A stretch of 64,000 nucleotides of DNA from Firmicutes bacterium CAG:321_26_22 (GTDB lineage Bacteria; Bacillota_I; Bacilli_A; RF39; UBA660): NCBI GenBank assembly GCA_001916775.1, contig MNTB01000034.1, positions 3,478 through 67,477 on the forward strand, given 5' to 3'. The notes below the pieces were generated by a model that ran no database searches, was not told the DNA's origin, and saw nothing but the letters and a program-made list of their open reading frames with translations. A program made the translations under genes and the position numbers. Positions 48,128 through 57,733 of the stretch are shown here, in pieces (the first letter of the stretch is position 1; each line of letters opens with the position of its first letter).

Positions 48128-49676
48128 TCTTTTTATAATTTTTGTATACTATTACAGAACCTAATCCTATAATAAGTAATCCAATTAAGGATGTTGTAAT
48201 TGTTTTGAATGTTCCTGTACTAGGTACTTCTATCGTTTCAGGTGTATTGTACATAATAACCTTACCATCAACAGTACCATCTTCTTTAACAACGAAAGTA
48301 ATTGTTTCTTTAGATAACTCATATCCTTCTGGAGCTAGAATTTCTGTTAATGTGTATTTTCCTGGTGCAAGTCCTACAATTTTATGAGGCTCTTTTTCTG
48401 ATACCCATGCTTCGATTAAATTACCATCAGCATCTCTAAGTTCAAGATGAGCGCCTTCTAGTTCTTCACCAGTAGTAGCGTCTTGTTTACTAATAACTAC
48501 TATTGGTTTATCTTTTGGTGTGTTTTCCATTTTTACTTTTGTTACACTACCATCATTTTTTACAGTAAATGTAATTGTTTCTGTACTAAGTATATATCCT
48601 TCTGGAGCAATTGTTTCGGTTAGGGTATATTCTCCTGGTACTAAATTTTTAATAACATGAGCTTCTTTTGTACTATCCCATTCATCAACAATTTTACCAG
48701 TAGAATCTTTAACTACTAGATGTGCTCCTTCTAGTTCTTCACCATTAGTAACATCAACTTTAGTTATTTCTACTCTTGTAGTAATATTTACTTTTAATGT
48801 TGTATTATCACTTACATTTTTGTATTCTGGATATAGTGCTCCTGTGTTTTGTACATCAGCATGAGAAGCTTTGTAACCATATGCTTTATTGATTACTCCT
48901 TTAGCAGATACATTAGCCTTGAATTCTGCTGTTAAGCCACTAATACTTGATGTTGGTACTTTTACTAAAAATGTTTCATTAGCAGCAAAGGTACCTTTAA
49001 TGTTACCATTCTTATCTGTTACAATTGTTCCTTTTGGAGCATTGCTTAAACTTACAGTGTAATTACCATCTATTCCTGAAGCTGTTACACCAATATTTGA
49101 ACTAACATAGTATTTACCATCACTTGATAATGTTAAATTACTATTTGAATTATTAATTTTTATTGATGGGTTTGTATAACTATAACTATTAGCACCATTT
49201 ACTAATTTAGCCATAGCTTTTACTACATCATTTGCAGCACCACGATATGTACCATTTTTTAAATCAAAGTTTACAAACTCACTTGAATTTGGTTCTAATA
49301 CATACCAAATAGCAAGTCCTGTTGTATAATAATCTTTGTCTGTGTCGCCAAATATACTTTTATTTGGGTAACCATTTTGCATAATATATGCAACTTTTGG
49401 ACTTATTTCTTTATCTAAAGTGTATGTTTCTATACTAGTAGAAGAAATCATTAATTTTTCTTTTTCTATGCAATATATAATTTTTCCATCAGTGTTCTTT
49501 TTGAATTGCATATTGAAGTTTGTACTTCCTTTTAAATACTTTTGACTATTAATAACATGTAAGTCACTACCTCTTACTTTGTAACTACTTGGAGCAGTAG
49601 TCTCTGCGTTAGCAGTACCGATAAATAACATACTAACTAACATAATTAAACTAAATAAAATTTTTTTTAATTTCAT
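48114..49676 (-). CDS. sortase-anchored cell-surface protein with two CnaB/SpaA-type (prealbumin-like) repeat domains and C-terminal [V]PSTG sorting signal
   Basis: Signal peptide, two ~75-aa repeats (..TNGEELEGAHL..GEYTLTET.APEGY..), and C-terminal EVPSTG + TM + KKNEDK. Overlaps the sortase gene start, suggesting an operon. Confidence 0.7.
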   Translation of the reverse strand: MKLKKILFSLIMLVSMLFIGTANAETTAPSSYKVRGSDLHVINSQKYLKGSTNFNMQFKKNTDGKIIYCIEKEKLMISSTSIETYTLDKEISPKVAYIMQNGYPNKSIFGDTDKDYYTTGLAIWYVLEPNSSEFVNFDLKNGTYRGAANDVVKAMAKLVNGANSYSYTNPSIKINNSNSNLTLSSDGKYYVSSNIGVTASGIDGNYTVSLSNAPKGTIVTDKNGNIKGTFAANETFLVKVPTSSISGLTAEFKANVSAKGVINKAYGYKASHADVQNTGALYPEYKNVSDNTTLKVNITTRVEITKVDVTNGEELEGAHLVVKDSTGKIVDEWDSTKEAHVIKNLVPGEYTLTETIAPEGYILSTETITFTVKNDGSVTKVKMENTPKDKPIVVISKQDATTGEELEGAHLELRDADGNLIEAWVSEKEPHKIVGLAPGKYTLTEILAPEGYELSKETITFVVKEDGTVDGKVIMYNTPETIEVPSTGTFKTITTSLIGLLIIGLGSVIVYKNYKKNEDK

Positions 49677-49794
49677 AACATAAACCTCCCATTGAAATCG
49701 TTATATATACTACCACTTTTTTAAAATATTGTCAATAGATTTAGCCGAAATTTAATACGAACAAATATTCAAAAGAAAAATCCATATACATGGA

Positions 49795-50682
49795 TTACTT
49801 CTTCTTATCAATTATTTCGTTTATTACTGTTCCAAAAGATGCTATTCCGCTCATATCTGATGGAATAATAATCTTAGTAGAACTACCATCTGCTAGTTTC
49901 TCTAAAGCTTCATAACTCTTTAATGTAAGTACTGAAGAATCTGCTTTAGCTTCTTTTAATAATCTAATACCATCAGCCTCAGCTTGTTTCATTTTAAGTA
50001 AGGCTTCGGCTTCTCCTTCAGCCATTTTAATTTGAGCTTCCTTATGAGCTTCAGCTTTTAATATAGCAGATTCTTTTTCTCCTTCTGCTATTAAGATACT
50101 AGATTTCTTTTCTCCCTCTGCTTGAAGAATCTTCTCTCTTCTTTCTCTTTCAGCACGCATTTGTTTTTCCATAGCTTCTTGAATATCTCTAGGTGGAAGT
50201 ATATTTTTTACTTCTACTCTATTTACTTTGATTCCCCATGGATCTGTTGCTTCATCTAAAATGCTTCTCATCTTAGAATTTATAATATCTCTTGAAGTTA
50301 AAGTTTGGTCTAGTTCTAACTCACCGATAATATTTCTAAGTGTAGTAGCAGTTAAATTCTCAATAGCATTTATTGGATCTTCAATACCATAAGTATATAA
50401 CTTAGGATCTGTTATTTGAAAATAAACTACTGTATCTATTTGCATAGTAACATTATCTTTAGTTATAACTGGTTGTGGTGCAAAGTCCTTTACTATTTCT
50501 TTTAAACTTACTTTATTAGATACTCTATCTACAAATGGTATCTTAAAATGTAAACCATTATTCCAAGTAGTTAAATAACTACCAAGTCTTTCTATAACAT
50601 AACTTCTAGCTTGTGGTACTACTTTAATATTTGGTATTATAAATATTACCACTATTACTAATATTGCAATTAATAATTCCAT
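49795..50682 (-). CDS. SPFH/band-7 (stomatin/prohibitin-like) family protein
   Basis: N-terminal TM, an SPFH core, and a C-terminal coiled-coil with repeated EAxxKxAE segments. Confidence 0.8.
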   Translation of the reverse strand: MELLIAILVIVVIFIIPNIKVVPQARSYVIERLGSYLTTWNNGLHFKIPFVDRVSNKVSLKEIVKDFAPQPVITKDNVTMQIDTVVYFQITDPKLYTYGIEDPINAIENLTATTLRNIIGELELDQTLTSRDIINSKMRSILDEATDPWGIKVNRVEVKNILPPRDIQEAMEKQMRAERERREKILQAEGEKKSSILIAEGEKESAILKAEAHKEAQIKMAEGEAEALLKMKQAEADGIRLLKEAKADSSVLTLKSYEALEKLADGSSTKIIIPSDMSGIASFGTVINEIIDKKK

Positions 50683-50683
50683 A

Positions 50684-51109
50684 TTATTTTTCCTCCCATT
50701 TCTTTACTTTTAATTTAACACTATTAATAGATAATACTTTTATATTTTCTCCTTTAGAAATATCAGTATCGGAATAAGCTGACCATTTCTTACCATCTAC
50801 CTTTACTTCTCCTATATCATCTTTAATAATATCTTCAGTTACAATCCCCTTCATTCCTATTATTCTATCAATATTTGTTTTGGTATTATTTACTTTTATT
50901 TTACTATATAACTTCTTACTAATAGGCATAAGTAATACTCCTACTAAAACAAATATAGCAATTTGTATTAATATATTATCTGTAAATAATGAACTTACCA
51001 TAGCAAATAAACTACTTATCACAAACCAAATACTAACTAAATTAGTTGTAGATATTTCTATTATTCCAAGTATTACTGCTAACAAAAGCCATATATAAAA
51101 GTTTTCCAT
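50684..51109 (-). CDS. NfeD family membrane protein (stomatin operon partner)
   Basis: TM N-terminus plus a C-terminal OB-fold-like region. Immediately upstream of the SPFH gene with a 1-nt gap. Confidence 0.75.
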   Translation of the reverse strand: MENFYIWLLLAVILGIIEISTTNLVSIWFVISSLFAMVSSLFTDNILIQIAIFVLVGVLLMPISKKLYSKIKVNNTKTNIDRIIGMKGIVTEDIIKDDIGEVKVDGKKWSAYSDTDISKGENIKVLSINSVKLKVKKWEEK

Positions 51110-51191
51110 TTTACCACCTACTACAAAATATGTCTCATCTAGTTATAGTATAACAAAATATCAAAGTATTTACAATAACATTTATCACCTT

Positions 51192-51277
51192 CCATGAAAA
51201 TCCAAGGTATTTTCATGTCCAATCTAGCCTAATTCTTAGTCTATATTGGAGTCTCTTTGGACCTATCATATTCGCGG
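51192..51277. repeat. dispersed intergenic element (CATGAAAATCC hairpin + CTAGCCTAATTCTTAGTCTAT + GACCTATCATATTCGCGG), copy 3 of 3
   Basis: ccatgaaaatccaaggtattttcatgtcc..ctagcctaattcttagtctat..ggacctatcatattcgcgg. Confidence 0.6.
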
Positions 51278-51296
51278 TTAGTACTATATACTAAAT

Positions 51297-52031
51297 TTAA
51301 CTTGCAAGTCTACTATCACCCGTTTTATAATCTATTATAACACCATCTTCGATATTATAAACAAAGACATTGAACTTTATACCTTCACCATTATCTTCAA
51401 CTGAGTAGGCTTCCATTTCTACTCCTGTTGCTACTATATTATTACCTTCAAATACTGGAGTTACACGATATAAAACATGATTGCCAGTATCTTTGATATA
51501 TTTAGTTACCATATTTTCAAATTGTAACATTCCTTTAGTATTCATACTTCTAGTACAAGTGATTAGATTTTTTTCATTAGCATTTTCTCCAGTTAACTGG
51601 TATCCTATTAAATGACATCTATTATATAAATACTTACCATCTATATGATCATATTTTACAGTATGCCAACCACTTGGTTTTATAGAACCAATAGAACCTC
51701 TCTTTTCAGTAGGCATTAAGTCTTTACTTATATTAGCATAAGCAACACCACATCTACCTAATGAATCAAGTTCACTATATTTTTCAAAACTATTAGTAGT
51801 ATATTCTTCTTCTTTAAAATAAGGAATATTATCATTAACAATAACATAACTATTACCATTATAATCCGTTATATCTTCAATATTAGAACTATTATTACTA
51901 TCACCATTTATTAAACTATATGTATAATTATAAATATCATCTTTACAATAAAATAAAGCTCCTAATAACAAAATTAAAACAATTAATTTACTTCTCTTTT
52001 TCATATTCTTACCTCCATTTAAGTATACCAT
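51297..52031 (-). CDS. secreted DNA/RNA non-specific endonuclease (EndA/NucA-like)
   Basis: Signal peptide, with a ...LGRCGVAYA...NRCHLIGYQLTGENANEKNLITCTRSMN region resembling the Endonuclease_NS_2 RGH-type active site. Confidence 0.5.
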   Translation of the reverse strand: MVYLNGGKNMKKRSKLIVLILLLGALFYCKDDIYNYTYSLINGDSNNSSNIEDITDYNGNSYVIVNDNIPYFKEEEYTTNSFEKYSELDSLGRCGVAYANISKDLMPTEKRGSIGSIKPSGWHTVKYDHIDGKYLYNRCHLIGYQLTGENANEKNLITCTRSMNTKGMLQFENMVTKYIKDTGNHVLYRVTPVFEGNNIVATGVEMEAYSVEDNGEGIKFNVFVYNIEDGVIIDYKTGDSRLAS

Positions 52032-52093
52032 AAATTATATATTTTTTATACTATTTTTTATAAGATAACATATACTTTATCAGGTTGTAAACT

Positions 52094-52627
52094 ATGAATG
52101 AACTATCTAATTCTGTAAAAGTGGTAGGTGTTTATAATAAAATATTAACTTTTCTTACATCAAATATTACTACTGTGAATTTAATTAATGAATTAACTAT
52201 TACTAAAGCAGCAGATAAGCAAAATTGGAGAGATGGATTTTTAACTTATACAATGGCAATAATAAGCAATAAAAATAATACTAATTTTTTTAACTCAGTT
52301 ATTATAGATATAATTGATACAACATTAGTAGATTTTGTAGAAAATAGTATTTCTATTAATAGTAGACCCGCTAGTGGTAGTGAATATTCTTATGATAGTG
52401 ATACTCATATACTTAAAATTAATTTGGAAGAAATAGCAGCTAATACAGATACTATAGTGACCTTTCGTATTAAGAAGAAATATAATAGACAATTCTATTT
52501 AAAGAGTAATTGTATTTTTACTTATAATAATAAAACTATTAATAGTAATACTATTATAGTAAAAAGTTATATGGTTATACCAAGAAACTTTTCATTTGAT
52601 TGTAAGAGTCTTTTTTGGAGATGTTGA
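52094..52627 (+). CDS. hypothetical protein
   Basis: 177-aa ORF, T/N/I-rich, with no recognisable motif. Confidence 0.35.
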   Translation: MNELSNSVKVVGVYNKILTFLTSNITTVNLINELTITKAADKQNWRDGFLTYTMAIISNKNNTNFFNSVIIDIIDTTLVDFVENSISINSRPASGSEYSYDSDTHILKINLEEIAANTDTIVTFRIKKKYNRQFYLKSNCIFTYNNKTINSNTIIVKSYMVIPRNFSFDCKSLFWRC

Positions 52628-52681
52628 TTTTTATTAAATTTTAATTTATTTTTATATAAATATGTGATATAATTTATTTAT

Positions 52682-52758
52682 GTCCTCGTAGCTCAGTAGG
52701 ATAGAGCAATTGCCTCCTAAGCAATAGGTCGCTAGTTCGATTCTAGTCGAGGACGCCA
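52682..52758 (+). tRNA. tRNA-Arg (anticodon CCT), 3' CCA encoded
   Basis: Manual cloverleaf: acceptor GUCCUCG/CGAGGAC, D-arm GCUC-AGUAGGAUA-GAGC, anticodon arm AUUGC-CUCCUAA-GCAAU (anticodon CCU), T-arm GCUAG-UUCGAUU-CUAGU, then GCCA. Followed by an 11-bp terminator hairpin (52763-52795). Confidence 0.85.
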
Positions 52759-52952
52759 TTTTTGATTAATTAGCCTTATAAATACTATTTTTATAAGGCT
52801 TTTTGCTGTTTAAAGAAGAAAAACTACTATGGCATTGAGGAAATGAAGAAAGGTGAACTTGATTTCTTTAAGGCTACTGTTTTAAGTAAAAATTGTGATG
52901 ATCTATTGCATTATGTTTAAAAAAGGGATTATATTTAAATATTATTCATAAT

Positions 52953-53762
52953 TTGGATAGACCATTTAATGAGATGATGTTAGGTCTAGAAAATTGGATT
53001 CCAATATATATAACTGGGCAAATATCACCCTTTTATTTTAAAGATAATATAAATAATATTTTTGAACATTTAACTTATGTATCTGGTGTTGCTGCTTTAA
53101 ATGGTGAATGTATTAAAGGATTTCATGACAATGGTAAGTATTCTTTAACTAATAATAGTAAAGAACTTGACTATTATATGGAAAAGGCACAATTATTACT
53201 AAAAAAAGCTAATTCACTTATGGATATTTATACTAGTGATAATTATAATTACTTTTATACTTTTCTAAAAAAGGATATGGAAACTCATGGTAATAGAAAA
53301 AGATATTTATCTTCTTTACCACTATTTACAATGAGTAATTCTTTACTTATAAAAATATTAAAAAGAAATAATATTGATAATATTATTAAATATAAGCATA
53401 TGGAAGAAAAGAATATTAAAATTATACTTGTTAAAAATACTATTAATGATTATATTTATGTTTATAATAAAAATAATATAATTAATCTTTCATTAGAAAA
53501 TATATTTTTAGATAAATGTATTAGTTATACTTATGATGAATACTTAGAACATTTAAGTCTTACTAAAGACTTTGCTAAGAAAAATAATAATTATAATATT
53601 AATTATCAAACAGATTATATATTTACTAATATATCTATTAATATACTTATTAATAAGTATGTTATATTATCTAAAAATAGTAATCCTAATATTCATTTTG
53701 TTATTAGGCATTCTAAATTAGTTACCGCTATTGAAAATTTTACACCATTAGTTAAAGATTAA
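52953..53762 (+). CDS. hypothetical protein
   Basis: 269-aa ORF with a weak RBS and N/K/Y-rich composition. Confidence 0.35.
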   Translation: MDRPFNEMMLGLENWIPIYITGQISPFYFKDNINNIFEHLTYVSGVAALNGECIKGFHDNGKYSLTNNSKELDYYMEKAQLLLKKANSLMDIYTSDNYNYFYTFLKKDMETHGNRKRYLSSLPLFTMSNSLLIKILKRNNIDNIIKYKHMEEKNIKIILVKNTINDYIYVYNKNNIINLSLENIFLDKCISYTYDEYLEHLSLTKDFAKKNNNYNINYQTDYIFTNISINILINKYVILSKNSNPNIHFVIRHSKLVTAIENFTPLVKD

Positions 53763-53830
53763 TAAATATTTATTTTGATATTGTAATTATTATGTTTTTT
53801 TGGTATATTAAATAATGAAAGGAGTAAGTT

Positions 53831-54385
53831 ATGGAAAATAATATTTTAGCAATGATTTTAGGAGGCTCTATATTTATATTGCTTTTGGTTATAGCATTAT
53901 ATGCAGTTTATGTTATTGGACTTTGGAAGTTATTTAAAAAAGCCGGAAAGCAAGGATGGGAAGCTATTATTCCATTTTATAACACATATGTGCTTGTAGA
54001 AATATCTGGACTTAATTGGTGGTATTTTCTTATTGCTATTTCTGGTACTATTCTTGGTATGTTAAAAATTAATGGTCTTGATTATGTTGCTAATATTGCA
54101 ACCTTAGTAACTAGATTCTTTATCTTCTGGAATATTGGTAAGAAGATGAAACAAAATCATGTTCCAATTGCTATTTTAGGAACTTTATTTGCTCCTGTTA
54201 TGGTCATGATTCTTGGTTTATCTAGTAGTTATCAATTTGATAGCAATATTTCTGTTAGTCCTAATGGACCTTTTGGTGAAGAAAAACAAGGTACTTCTAA
54301 TAATGAAAGATTTTGTTTAGGATGTGGAGTTAAATTAAAACCTAATGCTAAATTTTGTGATAATTGTGGAAAAAAAGTCGATTAG
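53831..54385 (+). CDS. small membrane protein with C-terminal zinc-ribbon (CxxC...CxxC)
   Basis: N-terminal TM, conserved LWKLFKKAGKQGWEAIIPFYNTYVLVEI block, and C-terminal FCLGCG...FCDNCG. Confidence 0.5.
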   Translation: MENNILAMILGGSIFILLLVIALYAVYVIGLWKLFKKAGKQGWEAIIPFYNTYVLVEISGLNWWYFLIAISGTILGMLKINGLDYVANIATLVTRFFIFWNIGKKMKQNHVPIAILGTLFAPVMVMILGLSSSYQFDSNISVSPNGPFGEEKQGTSNNERFCLGCGVKLKPNAKFCDNCGKKVD

Positions 54386-54402
54386 AAATTCTAATCGATT
54401 TT

Positions 54403-54786
54403 TTATTTATATTCTGCTGTTTTACTAAATGCTAATATTGGAAGACATACAATACTAAAGAATACTGTTGCTACTCCAAAGCCTGTAGACTTTCCAAATT
54501 TATGTGCTAACTCAATGTATATTTTAAATAATGCATATATGTTAGCAAATGGTATAAAGAATAGTACTATATACCATAATGGTAATTCTGTGATTTCTAA
54601 TAGTACTATCATATTGTATATTGGTACTATAGAAGCCCATCCTGGTTTACCAGCTTTTTTGAAGATTTTCCACAAACTAACTATTATTAGTATAGAAGCT
54701 AGACTTCCTCCTATTAATGGAAATGTTCCTATTGATGATGTTGTGGATACTCCTGCTGAATAATCATATAAATCATAGTCGTACAT
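54403..54786 (-). CDS. small membrane protein, paralog of the N-terminal domain of the 53831..54385 product
   Basis: Shares LWKIFKKAGKPGWASIVPIYNMIVLLEI with the neighbouring convergent gene. Confidence 0.5.
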   Translation of the reverse strand: MYDYDLYDYSAGVSTTSSIGTFPLIGGSLASILIIVSLWKIFKKAGKPGWASIVPIYNMIVLLEITELPLWYIVLFFIPFANIYALFKIYIELAHKFGKSTGFGVATVFFSIVCLPILAFSKTAEYK

Positions 54787-54879
54787 AAATTCATTTTCCT
54801 CCTTACTTTATGTTCAATTTAAGTATATCATAATAGCAATATTAGAGCAAGAAAAAAAGAAACATTTCTGTTTCTAATT

Positions 54880-55752
54880 TTATGCATTCATTTGTTTTGC
54901 AACTTCGTCAGCAAAGTTTTCTTCTCTTTTTTCCATACCTTCGCCAACTTCGTATCTTACGAAAGATAATACTTTCATATTTTTGCTTTCTACATATTTA
55001 GATACTTTCATTTTGTTTTCTTTTACAAAGCCTTGATCTAATAAACATACTTCTTCATAGAATTTATTTAATCTTCCATTTACAATCATAGGTAATTTAT
55101 TAGCATCTAGTCCTTCATTCTCTGCTTGTTCAGTTAAGATTTCTCTTTCTTTTTCTACTCTTTCAGTAGGTACTGAATCTTTATCTAAATATAGTGGTCT
55201 CATAGCCGCTATTTGCATAGCAACATCTTTTGCTACTTCTTCATCAGTTCCTTCTAAAACTGCTAATGTAACAATTTTTCCACCCATATGTGAATAAGTG
55301 CCAAATACTTGATTATCTTCTTTTTCTACTAGTTCAAATCTTCTAAATGATAATTTTTCTCCAATAGTAGCAGTTTTGTCAATAATAATATTTTCAATAG
55401 TATTACCTTCTACTTCTAATTTCATTACTTCTTCAACTGTTTTTACATTACTACTTAAAATTGCAGTAGCAATTAAATCTACTAATCCAGTAAATTCTGG
55501 ATTTTTAGCAACAAAGTCTGTTTCTGAATTTACTTCAACAATAACAGCTTTATTTCCTTCTACTTTAGCCTTAGCTAATCCTTCAGCAGCAATTCTTGTT
55601 TGCTTTTTAGCAGCTTTAGAAATTCCTTTTTCTCTAAGCCAAGTAATTGCTTCTTCCATATTACCATTTGTTTCAGTAAGAGCTTTTTTACAATCTAGCA
55701 TTCCTGCTCCTGTTGCTTCTCTTAACTCTTTTACCATATTTGCAGTAATCAT
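54880..55752 (-). CDS. tsf: elongation factor Ts
   Basis: N-terminus MITANMVKELREATGAGMLDCKKAL is the canonical EF-Ts UBA-like domain. Confidence 0.9.
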   Translation of the reverse strand: MITANMVKELREATGAGMLDCKKALTETNGNMEEAITWLREKGISKAAKKQTRIAAEGLAKAKVEGNKAVIVEVNSETDFVAKNPEFTGLVDLIATAILSSNVKTVEEVMKLEVEGNTIENIIIDKTATIGEKLSFRRFELVEKEDNQVFGTYSHMGGKIVTLAVLEGTDEEVAKDVAMQIAAMRPLYLDKDSVPTERVEKEREILTEQAENEGLDANKLPMIVNGRLNKFYEEVCLLDQGFVKENKMKVSKYVESKNMKVLSFVRYEVGEGMEKREENFADEVAKQMNA

Positions 55753-55763
55753 AGTATTCCTCC

Positions 55764-56699
55764 TTATTTTAAATTTTCAATTAATTCTTCTTTTTTCATT
55801 TTTGAATAGCCTTTGATTTCTTTTTTCTTAGCTAAATCTCTAAGTTCTGCTACTGTTAAGATATTTAAATCTAATTCTGGCTTTTCTTCTTTGATTTCTT
55901 CTTTTTCAGTAACTTCTTTAGTTTCTTTTACTTCTTTTTTATCTTTTTTAGCAAAAGTTTTTTCTTTAACAGGCTTTTTATCATCTTCACTTACATAATC
56001 AATAATAGTTCCACCATTTGCTTCAATAATAGCATTTGTTAATGAACCAAGTACTACTTTGATACTTCTTACAGCATCATCATTTCCTGGAAGTACATAA
56101 TCTACATCGTCTGGATCACAGTTAGTGTCAATTAGACCAAATACTGGAATACCTAATTTTTTAGCTTCTCTTATTGCATTATATTCTTTAGTTGAATCTA
56201 CAATAATGATTGCTTGTGGTAATTTAGTCATTTCTCTAATACCACATAAGTTTTTATTTAATTTTTCGTATTCTTTCTTAAGTCCTACTACTTCTTTCTT
56301 AGGTAATCTATCAAATGTACCATCTTTTTCCATTTTTTCGATTTCTTCTAGACGATTTACTCTTCTTCTAATAGTTTTGAAGTTTGTTAATGTTCCTCCT
56401 AACCATCTTTCAGTCATGTAATACATGTTACTTCTTTCTGCTTCTTCTTTACATACTTCTTGGGCTTGTTTTTTAGTTCCTACATATAGAACTTTACCTC
56501 CTTCTGCTGCTATTTTATTTAATGCTTCATATGCTTCTTCCATTTTAGCAACAGTTTTTTGTAAGTCAATGATATAAATATCATCTCTAGAGTTATAAAT
56601 ATACTCTTTCATTTTAGGATTCCATCTTTTAGTTTGATGACCAAAGTGAACTCCTGCTTCTAACAAATAGCTCATAGATACTACTGTCATATTAAACAC
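55764..56699 (-). CDS. rpsB: 30S ribosomal protein S2 (with C-terminal K/E-rich extension)
   Basis: [15 protein letters not shown] plus the conserved S2 core; followed by tsf as in the rpsB-tsf operon. Confidence 0.9.
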   Translation of the reverse strand: MFNMTVVSMSYLLEAGVHFGHQTKRWNPKMKEYIYNSRDDIYIIDLQKTVAKMEEAYEALNKIAAEGGKVLYVGTKKQAQEVCKEEAERSNMYYMTERWLGGTLTNFKTIRRRVNRLEEIEKMEKDGTFDRLPKKEVVGLKKEYEKLNKNLCGIREMTKLPQAIIIVDSTKEYNAIREAKKLGIPVFGLIDTNCDPDDVDYVLPGNDDAVRSIKVVLGSLTNAIIEANGGTIIDYVSEDDKKPVKEKTFAKKDKKEVKETKEVTEKEEIKEEKPELDLNILTVAELRDLAKKKEIKGYSKMKKEELIENLK

Positions 56700-56862
56700 T
56701 CTCCTTTCGTTTTGCTTCCAAATATCTCTTTTTTAATATCCACCTATTAGGCACTGGGATTATTAAATCAATATTTGTGTATATTTTTTGAAAAGCCATT
56801 TATATAGTACCATATTATGCTAAATAAGTAAATATTTTTCATGAATTTTATAACAAAAGTGC

Positions 56863-56926
56863 TATGACAGAGACCTTAGGCTCTGTCATACTCTGAAAGA
56901 CTTATTTTATATAAGGCTGTAAGGGC
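56863..56926. repeat. dispersed intergenic element (TGACAGAG-ACCTTAGG-CTCTGTCA + TATAAGGCTGTAAGGGC)
   Basis: Same hairpin architecture as 2852-2887 and 6360-6424, with a loop containing TAGGC. Confidence 0.55.
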
Positions 56927-56947
56927 AAAAGAAAAAGAGATAACTCT

Positions 56948-57667
56948 CTACTTCTTTAATATAAATGATTTTAATATAATATTATTATTGCCATCTTTTG
57001 TATATGATATTATACCATCACTAGTTTCTTTATCTAGAATATCTGCTAGTCTAGTACTATAAGTAGTTTTAACACTTGCTATATATTCTCCTTTCTTATA
57101 TTCTACTTTATCACTAGTAATCATTGATACATATACACCATTACTACCAGGATGTCTATTATCAAAGTAAACATAATCTTTATCATACTTAGTATTACCC
57201 ATTTTGCCTTTAGTTATTTTAAAATCTTCTCCTAGTAATTCTTTATAGTATTTATTAAATATCTTGTAATCTAAATATGCTAAAGTAAAATCACTAGTAG
57301 GAGTATCTTCAACTACAGACTGGTCTCCTGCTGATAAAACTGTAAAACTATCTATATTATCTTGATAACTTAATATATATTCCATAACAAATAATTGTCT
57401 ATTTTCATATTTTTCTAGGTAATTATAATTATATTTAGGACTATATTTACCATTATCATCTTGACTATCAATACCTTCTTTTACTATTAACCAACCAAGA
57501 GGAGAACCTATTTTAGATAAATGACTATTTATATCTTTTAGTTCTTTTTCTTCATCTATTTCTATTTTATTATCTTCTTTTATTAATATTTTATCTGTTA
57601 CTATGTAACCCGCTACTAAGAAGCATATTATGCCTATTATTATGCAAAAAATATTTAACTTTTTCAT
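56948..57667 (-). CDS. hypothetical membrane-anchored/secreted protein
   Basis: N-terminal signal-anchor MKKLNIFCIIIGIICFLVAG; no motifs. Confidence 0.4.
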   Translation of the reverse strand: MKKLNIFCIIIGIICFLVAGYIVTDKILIKEDNKIEIDEEKELKDINSHLSKIGSPLGWLIVKEGIDSQDDNGKYSPKYNYNYLEKYENRQLFVMEYILSYQDNIDSFTVLSAGDQSVVEDTPTSDFTLAYLDYKIFNKYYKELLGEDFKITKGKMGNTKYDKDYVYFDNRHPGSNGVYVSMITSDKVEYKKGEYIASVKTTYSTRLADILDKETSDGIISYTKDGNNNIILKSFILKK

Positions 57668-57733
57668 TTTTTATCACCTACTATAAGTATAACATATAAT
57701 TAAAAAAAATTAACCTAAATTTGGTTAATTTTA

